Shown here: one piece after another, positions 40,940 to 50,163 of the stretch | How positions within the stretch are numbered: position 1 is the stretch's first letter | How the letters are laid out: the number at the start of each line of letters is the position of its first letter | DNA from: a virus | IMG/VR virus record: IMGVR_UViG_3300027741_000048 | Location: 1-64,000 of that record | Reading direction: 5' to 3' (one strand) | Length of the DNA: 64,000 bases | Notes under the pieces: generated by a model | What the model saw: the letters and a program-made list of their open reading frames with translations, nothing else | What the model was told of the DNA's origin: nothing | Database searches by the model: none | Made by a program: the position numbers and the translations under genes

Positions 40940-42478
40940 TTAATATAGTGTCGTCCACCCTTGTTGTTCGAGATTTGTAAGATCTGTATGATCAGGCGTA
41001 TCTCCTATATCAAAAATAATAGGCATCGGTATTCCTTGATCAGGGTTTTTTTCGTTGCTATATATTGATGTAGGGTTGATAAAATATTTAATCCCGTAGT
41101 CGAGTGATTTAATGGCTTGTGGTCGCTTGTTATCATCAAGCTCGGTGATCTCGTAATATTTCTCGGTAATTTCGTTTTCTAGTATCATTAATGACCAGAT
41201 TAAACTCATTACGCGATCGTCCCAGTTATCAGACCCGGGCTTAGCAGCCCATGTACCGTTTGGATAACGTACGAAATTTCTAAGTTCATTAAGTGTTTTT
41301 AGATCACGTATACGGACAACATTAAGCTCGTTTATCCAGTATCGCATGTTCGTGATACCCTTGTATTTTGTATTAGTATGAGCTACAACACCGATTTTAT
41401 TAAACACTTTATCACCGGCTTTTACACCGTAATTGACAATATTCTCGTAATTCAATGTACTTTTTAATTGATCCACAACTTGTGCGCCGCAATTATTTCT
41501 CTCGATTAAAGCAGGCGGTGAACCCCAGTGTTGTAGTATCTCGTGTAGTTTTGTAGTGAAATTATATGGACTGATGTTACGGTTATGATATATTGCCACT
41601 TGCTCAACGTTACGTAAATCAGTTATATCTAATACCTGAACAACAGAAGCTGCTTCACCGACGCCTTCGGATATATCGACACCGACTACATATAATCTTT
41701 CCTTACTAGGCTCAGACCATAGAAGGTAATGACCGTCGTCAAATACAAATCTCGGCTCTGTACAATCGGCCTTTAGCCTGTCGAAGAATTCTTCATTAAT
41801 CGCACTTTCACCAGATTGATGAAACACATTTCCGAATTCTTGATCAAATGCTTCTCTACTTCCTAATTCTCGTATTGTATTCTTTTTCCATTTCTCATCT
41901 CTTCCAGGTATCTCCCACCAGTCGACACGCTCTGCTTTCCAGCCATTATGCTTTTCTGGGTCTGTCTCCTGAGCTCCTGAATATAATTCGTAGAACAAAT
42001 TATTTGAACCATTCGGTGTACTAGCTACAAAGATCTTAGATTTCTTAGATGATGAAATAATCGGATAAACCGATCGCCAAAAATCCTCGACCATATGATT
42101 ATCAATGAACGCTAACTCGTCAAGGATAAGGCATTGATGACTTAATATACCGTTTGCGTAATATCTATGGCTGTCTTTTACATCGAGAATCTCGTACACT
42201 GAGTCTGTATTTGTATATGTTTCAATTTTGTCTATTTTTATATTCGAAAATAATATATCACCAACTTTAAGGTCTTTTGCATAAATCCATTCGAATGCGG
42301 TGTTTTTTATAATTTTGTGTTTTGGCGTGCAGACTAATTCTCTTCCGTTTGAAAATGTAAATTTAATCTTATCTGTATTGCTTCCAATAATAACACCTTC
42401 AAAATTCTTGAACCCGTCGTCTGTCAAGATTTCATAATCTGTATTTTTTAAAATCTTATAATTATTAATGTCAGCCAT
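40940..42478 (-). CDS. terL: Terminase large subunit, C-terminal part, preceded by split-intein C-fragment
   Basis: Residues 1-115 are intein (TPKH, YYANGILSHQ). Then CLILDELAF (Walker B), STPNG, FDQEFG, VGVDISEG and DDRVMS nuclease motifs. Confidence 0.92.
   Translation of the reverse strand: MADINNYKILKNTDYEILTDDGFKNFEGVIIGSNTDKIKFTFSNGRELVCTPKHKIIKNTAFEWIYAKDLKVGDILFSNIKIDKIETYTNTDSVYEILDVKDSHRYYANGILSHQCLILDELAFIDNHMVEDFWRSVYPIISSSKKSKIFVASTPNGSNNLFYELYSGAQETDPEKHNGWKAERVDWWEIPGRDEKWKKNTIRELGSREAFDQEFGNVFHQSGESAINEEFFDRLKADCTEPRFVFDDGHYLLWSEPSKERLYVVGVDISEGVGEAASVVQVLDITDLRNVEQVAIYHNRNISPYNFTTKLHEILQHWGSPPALIERNNCGAQVVDQLKSTLNYENIVNYGVKAGDKVFNKIGVVAHTNTKYKGITNMRYWINELNVVRIRDLKTLNELRNFVRYPNGTWAAKPGSDNWDDRVMSLIWSLMILENEITEKYYEITELDDNKRPQAIKSLDYGIKYFINPTSIYSNEKNPDQGIPMPIIFDIGDTPDHTDLTNLEQQGWTTLY
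42134..42478 (-). mobile_element. Split intein C-fragment (115 aa, ends His-Gln, Cys+1)
   Basis: EILTDDGFKNFEG, block B VCTPKH, AKDLKVGD, block F VYEILDV, block G YYANGILSHQ/C. Confidence 0.88.
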
Positions 42479-42482
42479 ATTA

Positions 42483-42560
42483 TTAGTTTTTACGTTTTCC
42501 GGTACCGCGTAACCAATTATCCGGAATTGCAGTATTTGGATGAATAAGCATCTTAATCAT
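42483..42560 (-). pseudogene. 25-codon mini-ORF, probable homing endonuclease remnant between the split-intein halves
   Basis: MIKMLIHPNTAIPDNWLRGTGKRKN*. IPDNWLRG resembles the P-x-G-W-x-x-G tails of phage free-standing endonucleases. Confidence 0.4.
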
Positions 42561-42684
42561 TTATTATTTTCAATTGAAGCTCTGTATTGTTCTTTAATTT
42601 ATTAGCGAGGTCATACATACTAACTTGAAATACCTCATGTGTAACTTTATCTCTTAAAGTAACTAGTGTTTCACCTGCAACACA
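42553..42684 (-). mobile_element. Split intein N-fragment (43 aa)
   Basis: Block A CVAGETLVTLRD followed by a stop after 43 aa. Confidence 0.85.
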
Positions 42685-44256
42685 ATTACAGCTATCACCA
42701 CGACCAGCGTCGCTACTCGTTGTGCTTATACCAATACTCGACCCGTTAGACAAGGTCATTGACGTTTTACCGTATTCGAGTACACCAGGCTTTAAGTAGT
42801 TTGGAAGCTTCTCATACGCCATTCTTATTCGTTTGAATATGTTAATAGCTGTTTGTTCCTTGTTAGCTACTACAAGTATTCTCTGATCTTCCTGAAAGCA
42901 TGCAACCCAAAGAGCGTAGATTGTCATAAGGGTCGTATTATGCGTAGGAATCAGTTGTCTACCGGCTAAATAGAGGCTGTCTTTACTGTCTACCGTAATA
43001 CATCTAACTGGTGTGGATGGAACTTCGATGATACTTTTTATATAGTGCCATTGTGATCGGTAATTGGATTGCACTATATGCGGCTTGAGTTTTAATCTGC
43101 TCTTTTTAAAAGAAAGTCTGCAAATACATTCAATAGGAGTGAATGTTATTGATGCGCATGGTGAGCAATTTACTCCTTTAAGTGTTGGTACATATTCTTT
43201 ATATGATACCTTATAACCTAAACTCTCTACTAATTGCTTTACTTGTTTTACTAATTCAATATTTGTATTATAGAATTGACATATGCCGTTTTTATTAATA
43301 TACCCGTCACTATCTATTAGCCCTTGTAGGAGCGACAGTCGCTGTACTCTATCAGCTAGCAAATAATCGCTAGGTATATGCTTATTATTTTTAAGATTGT
43401 ATTGGTTAAGTAAAGCTGATAGGCTATGTGTTTGAATGTTTTTTTCTGTACTAATCCTTAATGTATAAACATCTGTACTGTATTCGTGTAATAGTAATTT
43501 ATTAAATTGAGTTTGTTGAGTTTTGAGAATATCGATGATTTCGTTTATATCGCGTCTACCTACTGTTAGAGATCCACTAGCGCTAGTTCCGTCACCTAAC
43601 CATAAACCTAATACATATGGGTCAATATCTAGCTTTCTCGTTGTTCCTGAAACTCCGTTTATGCACGTGGGTATTCTATGATTTGGTTCGTTGCTATTAG
43701 GTACGAATAGTGTGTTGAATATTTCTGTTGTGGTTTTTACGGTGCCGATTGTTTTTCTTTCACTTCTTGCTTCTGTATACCAGAGGTGCTCGGCATCAGC
43801 TATTATTTCTTCACCGTTGTCAAAAATTACTTTATAGCATTTTCTATCTTTTAGAACGTCATGCGCATACAAAACATTGCATGGCATGCCGTCAGCTCCA
43901 TAGACTTGATCACCAGCCTTTAAATCACCCATCGTCGACCAGCCTGTTGGTGTAAGTATCGGTGTGTTGAGAGCGAGTGCTTTACCTATCTGACGGCTAG
44001 CCAATAAACACACGAATCGATTATCGCGTAGTGATCTAAGTATTTTTTTCTGACAGAGGTGTAGCTGTATTTTTATTTTACCTTGATCGAGGTTTGTAAT
44101 ATAAAAGAAATTTTCCGCAAAAAACAAAATGTTTTTTCTGCATTTATCAATGTCCTTTATCCACTCAGGGTTTGACTGATAGTCAAACGCTGCATCAGGC
44201 GTGGGTAGATTCTCGTTACCAAGATAATATTGCTGTTTTTCCTTTTTAGTAGGCAT
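42553..44256 (-). CDS. terL: Terminase large subunit, N-terminal part (full intein plus split-intein N-fragment)
   Basis: YLGNENLP..FFAENFFYI..Q..SRQIGK/TT Walker A; VVANK; GRGDSCN followed by intein start CVAGET. Confidence 0.92.
   Translation of the reverse strand: MPTKKEKQQYYLGNENLPTPDAAFDYQSNPEWIKDIDKCRKNILFFAENFFYITNLDQGKIKIQLHLCQKKILRSLRDNRFVCLLASRQIGKALALNTPILTPTGWSTMGDLKAGDQVYGADGMPCNVLYAHDVLKDRKCYKVIFDNGEEIIADAEHLWYTEARSERKTIGTVKTTTEIFNTLFVPNSNEPNHRIPTCINGVSGTTRKLDIDPYVLGLWLGDGTSASGSLTVGRRDINEIIDILKTQQTQFNKLLLHEYSTDVYTLRISTEKNIQTHSLSALLNQYNLKNNKHIPSDYLLADRVQRLSLLQGLIDSDGYINKNGICQFYNTNIELVKQVKQLVESLGYKVSYKEYVPTLKGVNCSPCASITFTPIECICRLSFKKSRLKLKPHIVQSNYRSQWHYIKSIIEVPSTPVRCITVDSKDSLYLAGRQLIPTHNTTLMTIYALWVACFQEDQRILVVANKEQTAINIFKRIRMAYEKLPNYLKPGVLEYGKTSMTLSNGSSIGISTTSSDAGRGDSCNCVAGETLVTLRDKVTHEVFQVSMYDLANKLKNNTELQLKIIND
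42937..43980 (-). mobile_element. Class-3 intein with LAGLIDADG homing endonuclease (348 aa) in the TerL P-loop
   Basis: Starts ALALNTPILTPTGW. WCT triplet (AEHLW, VRCITV, PTHN/T). LAGLIDADG helices LGLWLGDG and LQGLIDSDG. Confidence 0.9.
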
Positions 44257-44261
44257 TTAGA

Positions 44262-44269
44262 TATAAATA
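44262..44269 (+). promoter_or_regulatory. T4-type late promoter TATAAATA
   Basis: Exact motif in the 24-bp divergent gap between terL and ORF 44281. Confidence 0.75.
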
Positions 44270-44280
44270 ATTAGGCAAAT

Positions 44281-45135
44281 ATGAACAAATCACGTGAACT
44301 CGTTGAAATGGGTGAGTTTTATAAGTCCTCTGTATTTACAGAATCAGTTAAAAACGTCCAATCAAAAAAAGCAACAAAGAAGGGATTTCCTAAGGACACC
44401 TTTCCTACATCAGGTAAAACGATCGATGGTGATACCGTAAAAACAACTAAGGCATTTGATAAGGCAGGCCCTAATGCTAATAAAAACAAAGAAGCTCTTA
44501 AAGCGCCTCTTGAACCTGGTTCAAAACAAACATTTACTGGTGTTGAAAATTTCTCACAAGAATCTAAAAAAATACAAAAAGAGAATATAAATACTTTTAT
44601 GAATAAATCTATTTTTGATGAATTATTTGAAAACGTAATGAGCGGCGCACCTATGTCACAAGATGACGTAGAGCATACAGATGCTGAAGCTCTTGATCTT
44701 CCAGGTCATGAAGAGATGCCAGGTGACGAGGGTGAAGTAACAATTACTCTTGATAAAGAGACAGCAAAGAAGCTTCATGATGTTCTCATGAGCGTTCTCG
44801 GCGAAGAAGAGCCGGAGAGCGAAGAGCATGAGGGTGAAGATGAAAGCGATTCTATGGAAAGTGAAGATGAAGAGGTTGCTTTTGAAGCAACAGATATCAA
44901 GGAGCTTTCCGATGAGCATGGTAAGAAGCTCATATCAAAGGGTGCACATAAGGTAGCTAGTACTGTTACATCCGACGTCGATGGCAAGGAAGGCAGTGGT
45001 GATTCACAAGGAATCGTTAACGATGGTAAGCCACAGCCTCTCAAGAAGGTAGTCGGTGGTGGTGTTCCGTCAAATAAGGTTGCTGGTAAGGTAACAAGCG
45101 GTGTAAAGAAAGATCTCTTTGCAGCAGCTAAGTAA
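44281..45135 (+). CDS. Acidic late protein, possible head core/internal protein
   Basis: Long E/D-rich segment, late promoter and its own terminator. Confidence 0.5.
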   Translation: MNKSRELVEMGEFYKSSVFTESVKNVQSKKATKKGFPKDTFPTSGKTIDGDTVKTTKAFDKAGPNANKNKEALKAPLEPGSKQTFTGVENFSQESKKIQKENINTFMNKSIFDELFENVMSGAPMSQDDVEHTDAEALDLPGHEEMPGDEGEVTITLDKETAKKLHDVLMSVLGEEEPESEEHEGEDESDSMESEDEEVAFEATDIKELSDEHGKKLISKGAHKVASTVTSDVDGKEGSGDSQGIVNDGKPQPLKKVVGGGVPSNKVAGKVTSGVKKDLFAAAK

Positions 45136-45159
45136 TAAATAAAAAATAGATTATAAATT

Positions 45160-45189
45160 AAGGGCCTTCGAAAGAAGGCCCTTTTTTTT
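45160..45189 (+). terminator. Rho-independent terminator
   Basis: AAGGGCCTTC-GAAA-GAAGGCCCTT stem-loop running into a T-tract. Confidence 0.9.
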
Positions 45190-45203
45190 GCTTAAATATA
45201 TCT

Positions 45204-45527
45204 GTGAATACCTTTAAAGAATATACGAGAAAGAAAGGTGTAGCTAGACATAAGCGCGATAATATCGGAGTTAGTAATGCTACAAATCCGAACATGAAGC
45301 ATGCAGCGGATGTCGTGCCAGTATGTCACCGTGTAGACAATAATGCTGTTCAGGAGTTCGAACAGCTTAAGCGAATGCAGCGTGGTACGAAGACTATAAA
45401 CTTGCAAAAAGCACGGAAGCTCAAAGATCAATTTAAATTGAAAGGTTTCTCTGGTGTGCTAGGTAATACAGGGATTCAACTCGCACCTCATCAGGAGTCG
45501 GGGTTTTTTGTTTTAATAAAGCGATAA
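45204..45527 (+). CDS. Hypothetical basic late protein
   Basis: GTG start 5 nt after TAAATA; begins MNTFKEY. Confidence 0.6.
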   Translation: MNTFKEYTRKKGVARHKRDNIGVSNATNPNMKHAADVVPVCHRVDNNAVQEFEQLKRMQRGTKTINLQKARKLKDQFKLKGFSGVLGNTGIQLAPHQESGFFVLIKR

Positions 45528-45530
45528 AAG

Positions 45531-46277
45531 ATGAGTATTGAAACTAAAGATTACTATAGCGGTGGACCTGGTGGTGACAACTCTCCTCAGGTATATCCTA
45601 TTACATTTACTGATAATCAATGCTTTAGATATACAGATAAAAGCGCTAATCAAAGTGAGAGAATTATTTACTCCAACTATTGGCGTGAAATGATTAACCT
45701 GTACGGTCAACGGGTTAATTACTATGTAAGTACCGTGAGTATACTTTCTGCAGATATGCTCTACGGTGAGCAACCAACAGCTCAATTTGCTCCTCCTCTT
45801 CCCCTTGTTATTGCTGTAAATTTAAACGAGAACGCACTTATGCTTAGTAAGTACGGGTTACTCTCTGAGGACGAAGTAACAGCGTTTATTCATATCACAG
45901 CGTTTTATGATAGATTCGGATGGAACGCAGAGCCAAAATCTGGTGATGTTTTTCAATTAACGGAATATGGTAGCGATCGACCAGGCGGGCGGGATGGTAG
46001 GTATTATGAAGTAACGGAACGACTCGATCAAGATATAGCGCAAATTAATCCGCTTGCCGGTCACTATGTTTGGCTACTTAAGTGTAAGCGCTTTGAATGG
46101 TCATTCGAACCTGGGTTATCAGCAGATGCTGTTAATAGTCAGGTCTTTGATGATACAAAAAATCAAACCGTGTCTGGCGCCTATAAACCGTATAGCTTTA
46201 GTGTTGATGACGCATCAAAACAAATATTTGATTACACACAAACTGACTATAGCGACGTATATGGTGGTTATAGTTAA
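45531..46277 (+). CDS. gp14: Neck protein (T4 gp14-like)
   Basis: EMINLYGQRVNYY..LYGEQPTAQF..LSKYGLLSEDE..PKSGDV..YEVT. Confidence 0.8.
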   Translation: MSIETKDYYSGGPGGDNSPQVYPITFTDNQCFRYTDKSANQSERIIYSNYWREMINLYGQRVNYYVSTVSILSADMLYGEQPTAQFAPPLPLVIAVNLNENALMLSKYGLLSEDEVTAFIHITAFYDRFGWNAEPKSGDVFQLTEYGSDRPGGRDGRYYEVTERLDQDIAQINPLAGHYVWLLKCKRFEWSFEPGLSADAVNSQVFDDTKNQTVSGAYKPYSFSVDDASKQIFDYTQTDYSDVYGGYS

Positions 46278-46588
46278 CAGGTTACAGCGTCGTGTGTATT
46301 GCTGAAGTTAATTCGCTTAATTTTGAATTCTGGTATTTGTTCTATTTCTTCGAGATCTGATTTCATTGAGAGAAACCGCTCTTCGATATATTTTTGAAAC
46401 GCAAGTGGCTTAATCCAGTCAATATTATTAGCATCGGTGTTGCGTCGTTTAATCTGCTCAACTCGTTTACCGACAAGCTCAATACCTTCTAACAGACAAA
46501 GCCATCTGGCGTATTCATCATACGACATATTATGTTGTTGTGCTTCAGCCTCTAGTGCTAGTGTATTTTTTGATAGTATCGATTGCAT
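46274..46588 (-). CDS. Hypothetical protein
   Basis: 104-aa ORF in the minus-strand run; start uncertain. Confidence 0.55.
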   Translation of the reverse strand: MQSILSKNTLALEAEAQQHNMSYDEYARWLCLLEGIELVGKRVEQIKRRNTDANNIDWIKPLAFQKYIEERFLSMKSDLEEIEQIPEFKIKRINFSNTHDAVTC

Positions 46589-47003
46589 ATCCGAGTATTA
46601 TGTATGAAATTTTTAAAACGTCAATAATATTCTGCTCTTTATTTAAAGTATTAATAAAGTGGTGTAGTGATTCTGTACTTGTTATTACACTCCTTATGTG
46701 GGTAGAAAAGACCTTTACTAATTCTGTCTTTATATTATCGTCGATTTCTGAAGCTACAATCGCTTTTGTAATAATGTCGTTATAAAGACTTAAAAAATTT
46801 TTTAGGATGTTTTTATCAAGGTTTATATTTTGTTTAGGGTATACAGCACCATCTTCAAAGTCTTTATAATTCGCTGCTGGTGTATATTGTTTAATGCTAT
46901 TGATAATTTTTGACAAACTTACAGTCTCTTCAGTAGCAGGTAGACAGATTTGACTAGGAGCCACATCTGTGGTGAGGTTACTTATACTTTCAGGAATTTC
47001 CAT
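46545..47003 (-). CDS. Hypothetical protein
   Basis: 152-aa ORF overlapping both neighbours. Confidence 0.55.
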   Translation of the reverse strand: MEIPESISNLTTDVAPSQICLPATEETVSLSKIINSIKQYTPAANYKDFEDGAVYPKQNINLDKNILKNFLSLYNDIITKAIVASEIDDNIKTELVKVFSTHIRSVITSTESLHHFINTLNKEQNIIDVLKISYIILGYAIDTIKKYTSTRG

Positions 47004-47421
47004 CTTTAAACTGTTCGGTTATTTGCGTAGGTAGGTTAATCGTACTAGCAATTGTTTCTGTTATTAACGCTGTTTCAGGAATTACATACACACTTACATT
47101 TTTTTGGCAATAATTACATTTATAACTATTAGCTGTATTAAGAGTAATAGGTACAAACTCGGTCTTTTTTAGTGAACAGGGACATGTCACCTCCATGCCC
47201 TGTAAGGAAAATTCGCGTATGCGTTCATTTTCGAGTTTTTTGTTTTTTAACGCGACAAAAGCATCGAGACACGTAAGAAAGCAATAGTTTAAGCCAATTT
47301 GTATAATAATACCTAACAACAAACCATATATAATAGGTACGCCGAAATATAATAGTATTACGCCAATAAGACTAGCTATTAATAAAAGAGCGGTTAATTG
47401 ATATATTAATTTCTTTACCAT
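46990..47421 (-). CDS. Membrane protein with C-terminal Cys cluster
   Basis: Two N-terminal TMDs; CPC...CNYC; TTGATT-N16-TATATT upstream. Confidence 0.6.
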   Translation of the reverse strand: MVKKLIYQLTALLLIASLIGVILLYFGVPIIYGLLLGIIIQIGLNYCFLTCLDAFVALKNKKLENERIREFSLQGMEVTCPCSLKKTEFVPITLNTANSYKCNYCQKNVSVYVIPETALITETIASTINLPTQITEQFKDGNS

Positions 47422-47453
47422 TACTCTAAAATATAGCGGCGCTCAACGTAAAA

Positions 47454-47834
47454 TCAAGCTTCCTTGCCTACTATTTTAAATATTGACTCTAGCTCTTTTT
47501 GCGATGCCTCAAGATGTTTAATTATTGCTATTAATTCTTTTTGAGCTTTTGTATTTTTTGTAAGTGCGGGTGATTTAAGAGCTATCTTAAAATCTCTTAT
47601 TGTGTTGGTCGTGTCAGTTGTTAGGTCTCCGAGTATAGATACGATGTTTGGGAGTGGATAGGGGAGTACGTTATCTGCTTTAGAATCATTTGGGTTCTGC
47701 TTAGTGAGACCGGGTGTATTACTGAGGATATCGTTAAATTTTAATCGCTGTGAATTAAATTCACGTGCAGCTTGACCGGATACCCATTTATTATAGGCCA
47801 TGGTTACATCTTCAAATAGTACTTTCTTTTTCAC
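47454..47834 (-). CDS. Hypothetical late protein
   Basis: GTG start 6 nt after TAAATA. Confidence 0.55.
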   Translation of the reverse strand: MKKKVLFEDVTMAYNKWVSGQAAREFNSQRLKFNDILSNTPGLTKQNPNDSKADNVLPYPLPNIVSILGDLTTDTTNTIRDFKIALKSPALTKNTKAQKELIAIIKHLEASQKELESIFKIVGKEA

Positions 47835-47867
47835 CTAAAATATTTAGTCTCGACAATAAATACATAT

Positions 47868-48284
47868 ATGAGTTCTTTTAGCTCTAAATTCTCTTATATT
47901 TTAGAAGCTGATGATGATCAGCTTAAACCAACAACCGATAAAGAAGCCATGGCTCAGCAATTAGATACTGCTGAGCCGAAGGATTTTGATGTCAAGCCAG
48001 CAACCACAGCGGCGGCCGCTGAACGTGCAGCAAGAGTTGATCACGCAAAAATAGAGCAAGCAAGTGAGTTAAATAGTTGGATTAACCACATTGATGAATT
48101 TATTGAATTTCTCAATGGCACAAGTGACGGCTCGGTGCAGTCTAAACTACACTCTGCATCATGTGATACGATGTTCGAAGATATTGCAAGAAGTGAAAAG
48201 AAGAAGATTGCGCGTCTTGCAGCTGAATTAAGTTCACTAAGTGAAGCGTTTAAGGGTTATCTAATCTCGTCAAACGATCGCTGA
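47868..48284 (+). CDS. Hypothetical late protein
   Basis: TAAATA 5 nt upstream; convergent overlap with primase. Confidence 0.6.
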   Translation: MSSFSSKFSYILEADDDQLKPTTDKEAMAQQLDTAEPKDFDVKPATTAAAAERAARVDHAKIEQASELNSWINHIDEFIEFLNGTSDGSVQSKLHSASCDTMFEDIARSEKKKIARLAAELSSLSEAFKGYLISSNDR

Positions 48285-49301
48285 TAGTAGTAGTTTTGCT
48301 TTCAGGCCTTGGTGCGAGTTATTTACTATAAAATTAGGTGATATTTCATCGATTTGTACATGTACGCAGGCGTCGTTTATATCCTTAAACATTTTACCTA
48401 ACTTCTCCGGCCAAATAAAAACAGTCTCACCTTGATCGATTAGTATTTTTGTTTTTTGTCTGCTAGCCTTATCAAGCCACTGACTATCTAATACCCAGAT
48501 ACGCTTATGTAGCTTAAAGCTATTGATCTGTGTCTGCTGTAAATTAGAAAACATATGCGTACTCTTTTCGTTAATACCAGCAACAGCTGTACCGTTTCTT
48601 ACAAAGAATGCATCGATAGGGCCTTCAAATATAAAAATATACTCTAAATCAATAGATAATTTATCAAGGTTATATAAAGCCTTTTCACCATTAACTTTGC
48701 TTAGATATTTTGGTAGTTTTATTCGTGAATCCTCTACTATGGTTCTAGATTGGTAAAAAATAATATCCTCTCGTTCATTGTAAAACGGTATTACTAGTCT
48801 GTTTTTATGTAGCCTATCTGTTAATGATAACCATAAAGCTTTTGGCCGGTTAACAGCAGTATCGAGTCTTCTTGCTTTTATTACTTCAAGAGTCTTCTTA
48901 ACAATAGGCGTATCTTCAAAAGCTGAAACCTGATGTGTATCAAACAGATTAATGCAATCAAGTGGTAACTTGTGCGTATTTTCAGGTAAGCTTTCCTCAA
49001 TAACATCTTTGTATATATCGACAGGTAAACGATCATATGTTTTTATTTCATTTAGTATTTCTCCATACGACTGACGCGATACTTCAATTATCCACTTTAT
49101 AGGATCGCTATACCATCCGCAATTATGACAACAAATGATGTTATTATCAACGACATAATAACATCTTCTTTTTTTAAGCCACGATTTACCTTCCCTGCAA
49201 ATAGGACAACCGGCTTCATACGTATTTGTAATCTTTTTATGCTTAGGATAACCAGCGTATTGGTAGAACTTTTGTATAATATATTCTTGAGGAAGAATCA
49301 C
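48270..49301 (-). CDS. gp61: DNA primase (T4 gp61-like)
   Basis: CPIC...CHNC zinc finger; RLVIPFY; FIFEGPIDAFF TOPRIM; KDIND. Confidence 0.92.
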   Translation of the reverse strand: MILPQEYIIQKFYQYAGYPKHKKITNTYEAGCPICREGKSWLKKRRCYYVVDNNIICCHNCGWYSDPIKWIIEVSRQSYGEILNEIKTYDRLPVDIYKDVIEESLPENTHKLPLDCINLFDTHQVSAFEDTPIVKKTLEVIKARRLDTAVNRPKALWLSLTDRLHKNRLVIPFYNEREDIIFYQSRTIVEDSRIKLPKYLSKVNGEKALYNLDKLSIDLEYIFIFEGPIDAFFVRNGTAVAGINEKSTHMFSNLQQTQINSFKLHKRIWVLDSQWLDKASRQKTKILIDQGETVFIWPEKLGKMFKDINDACVHVQIDEISPNFIVNNSHQGLKAKLLLSAIV

Positions 49302-49307
49302 ATTATA

Positions 49308-49336
49308 ACTATAGCGGCTCTATAACTATATTACAA
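49308..49336 (-). promoter_or_regulatory. Sigma70-like promoter (TTGTAA-N17-TATAGT)
   Basis: The -10 box ends 6 nt before the primase GTG. Confidence 0.5.
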
Positions 49337-49344
49337 GAGAAAAA

Positions 49345-49530
49345 TTATTTTTCTTTTTTGCTTAAATCTGTTACTGATACAATACCTTTGCGTATGAATG
49401 TACCTGATGCCGGGTCGATATATTCAGCTTCAACAATTTCTTGCTGGTTACGAATATATGTACGTAATTTCGGTCTCACCGGTTCACCGCTAATAGGTGA
49501 TTGTATAATTCTTGGTTGTATGAAATCCAT
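49345..49530 (-). CDS. Hypothetical protein
   Basis: 61-aa ORF with TAAGTA 5 nt upstream. Confidence 0.55.
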   Translation of the reverse strand: MDFIQPRIIQSPISGEPVRPKLRTYIRNQQEIVEAEYIDPASGTFIRKGIVSVTDLSKKEK

Positions 49531-49538
49531 ATAGTTAC

Positions 49539-49841
49539 TTATGCGTTATTACTTAAAGCGGTAGCTTTATTTTTTTTATACTGCTTATAGCAGATCTTAT
49601 AAACGCTGCGAGGTAGTTTTTCAACTATCTCTAATATGCTGTTCTGTATTCCAAATTTAAACTTATCTTTCGGTATCACGCGTATATTCATCTCCGGTAA
49701 GGCAAGAAAGTTATATGCATTGTTTTGCTCTTCAGCATATATAAGTAATTCACCTAAAAAAGCACCAGCGGTGACCGCGTATATGACTCTAGGTTTAGGT
49801 CGATCTTTTTTAAAAAATGTTTCTAGTTTACTCTTGATCAC
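49539..49841 (-). CDS. Hypothetical protein
   Basis: 100-aa ORF in the operon. Confidence 0.55.
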   Translation of the reverse strand: MIKSKLETFFKKDRPKPRVIYAVTAGAFLGELLIYAEEQNNAYNFLALPEMNIRVIPKDKFKFGIQNSILEIVEKLPRSVYKICYKQYKKNKATALSNNA

Positions 49842-50163
49842 CGCTATCTAAATGTGAATGAAAAAATTTGTTTATAAGAGTCACGAGAGAATCAGCTTCT
49901 TGCTGATTATGCGCGGATATACAATGTATAGGGTCGCCTTCAAAGGTGTAACCAAGTATAATAAACGATGAAAGATATTCCTCGACAACACTTGATAGGT
50001 TTTTTAAATCTCTTTTTATACCCTTTATATCTTCTGCCTTTTCCTGAAAGGACGCTATCATAGCTTTACGAATAGCTTCTTTTGATTCTGCATCTAAATC
50101 ATGATTTATGTTTTTACTATCATCAGATTTATTGCGGTTGTTTTGATCTTTACCCTTCATCAT
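49828..50163 (-). CDS. Hypothetical protein
   Basis: 111-aa ORF in the operon. Confidence 0.55.
   Translation of the reverse strand: MMKGKDQNNRNKSDDSKNINHDLDAESKEAIRKAMIASFQEKAEDIKGIKRDLKNLSSVVEEYLSSFIILGYTFEGDPIHCISAHNQQEADSLVTLINKFFHSHLDSGDQE

Noticed and set aside
42479-42552. Group I intron or simple frameshift error splitting terL
   Set aside because: The gap is too short and unstructured for an intron, and both flanks carry complementary intein halves.
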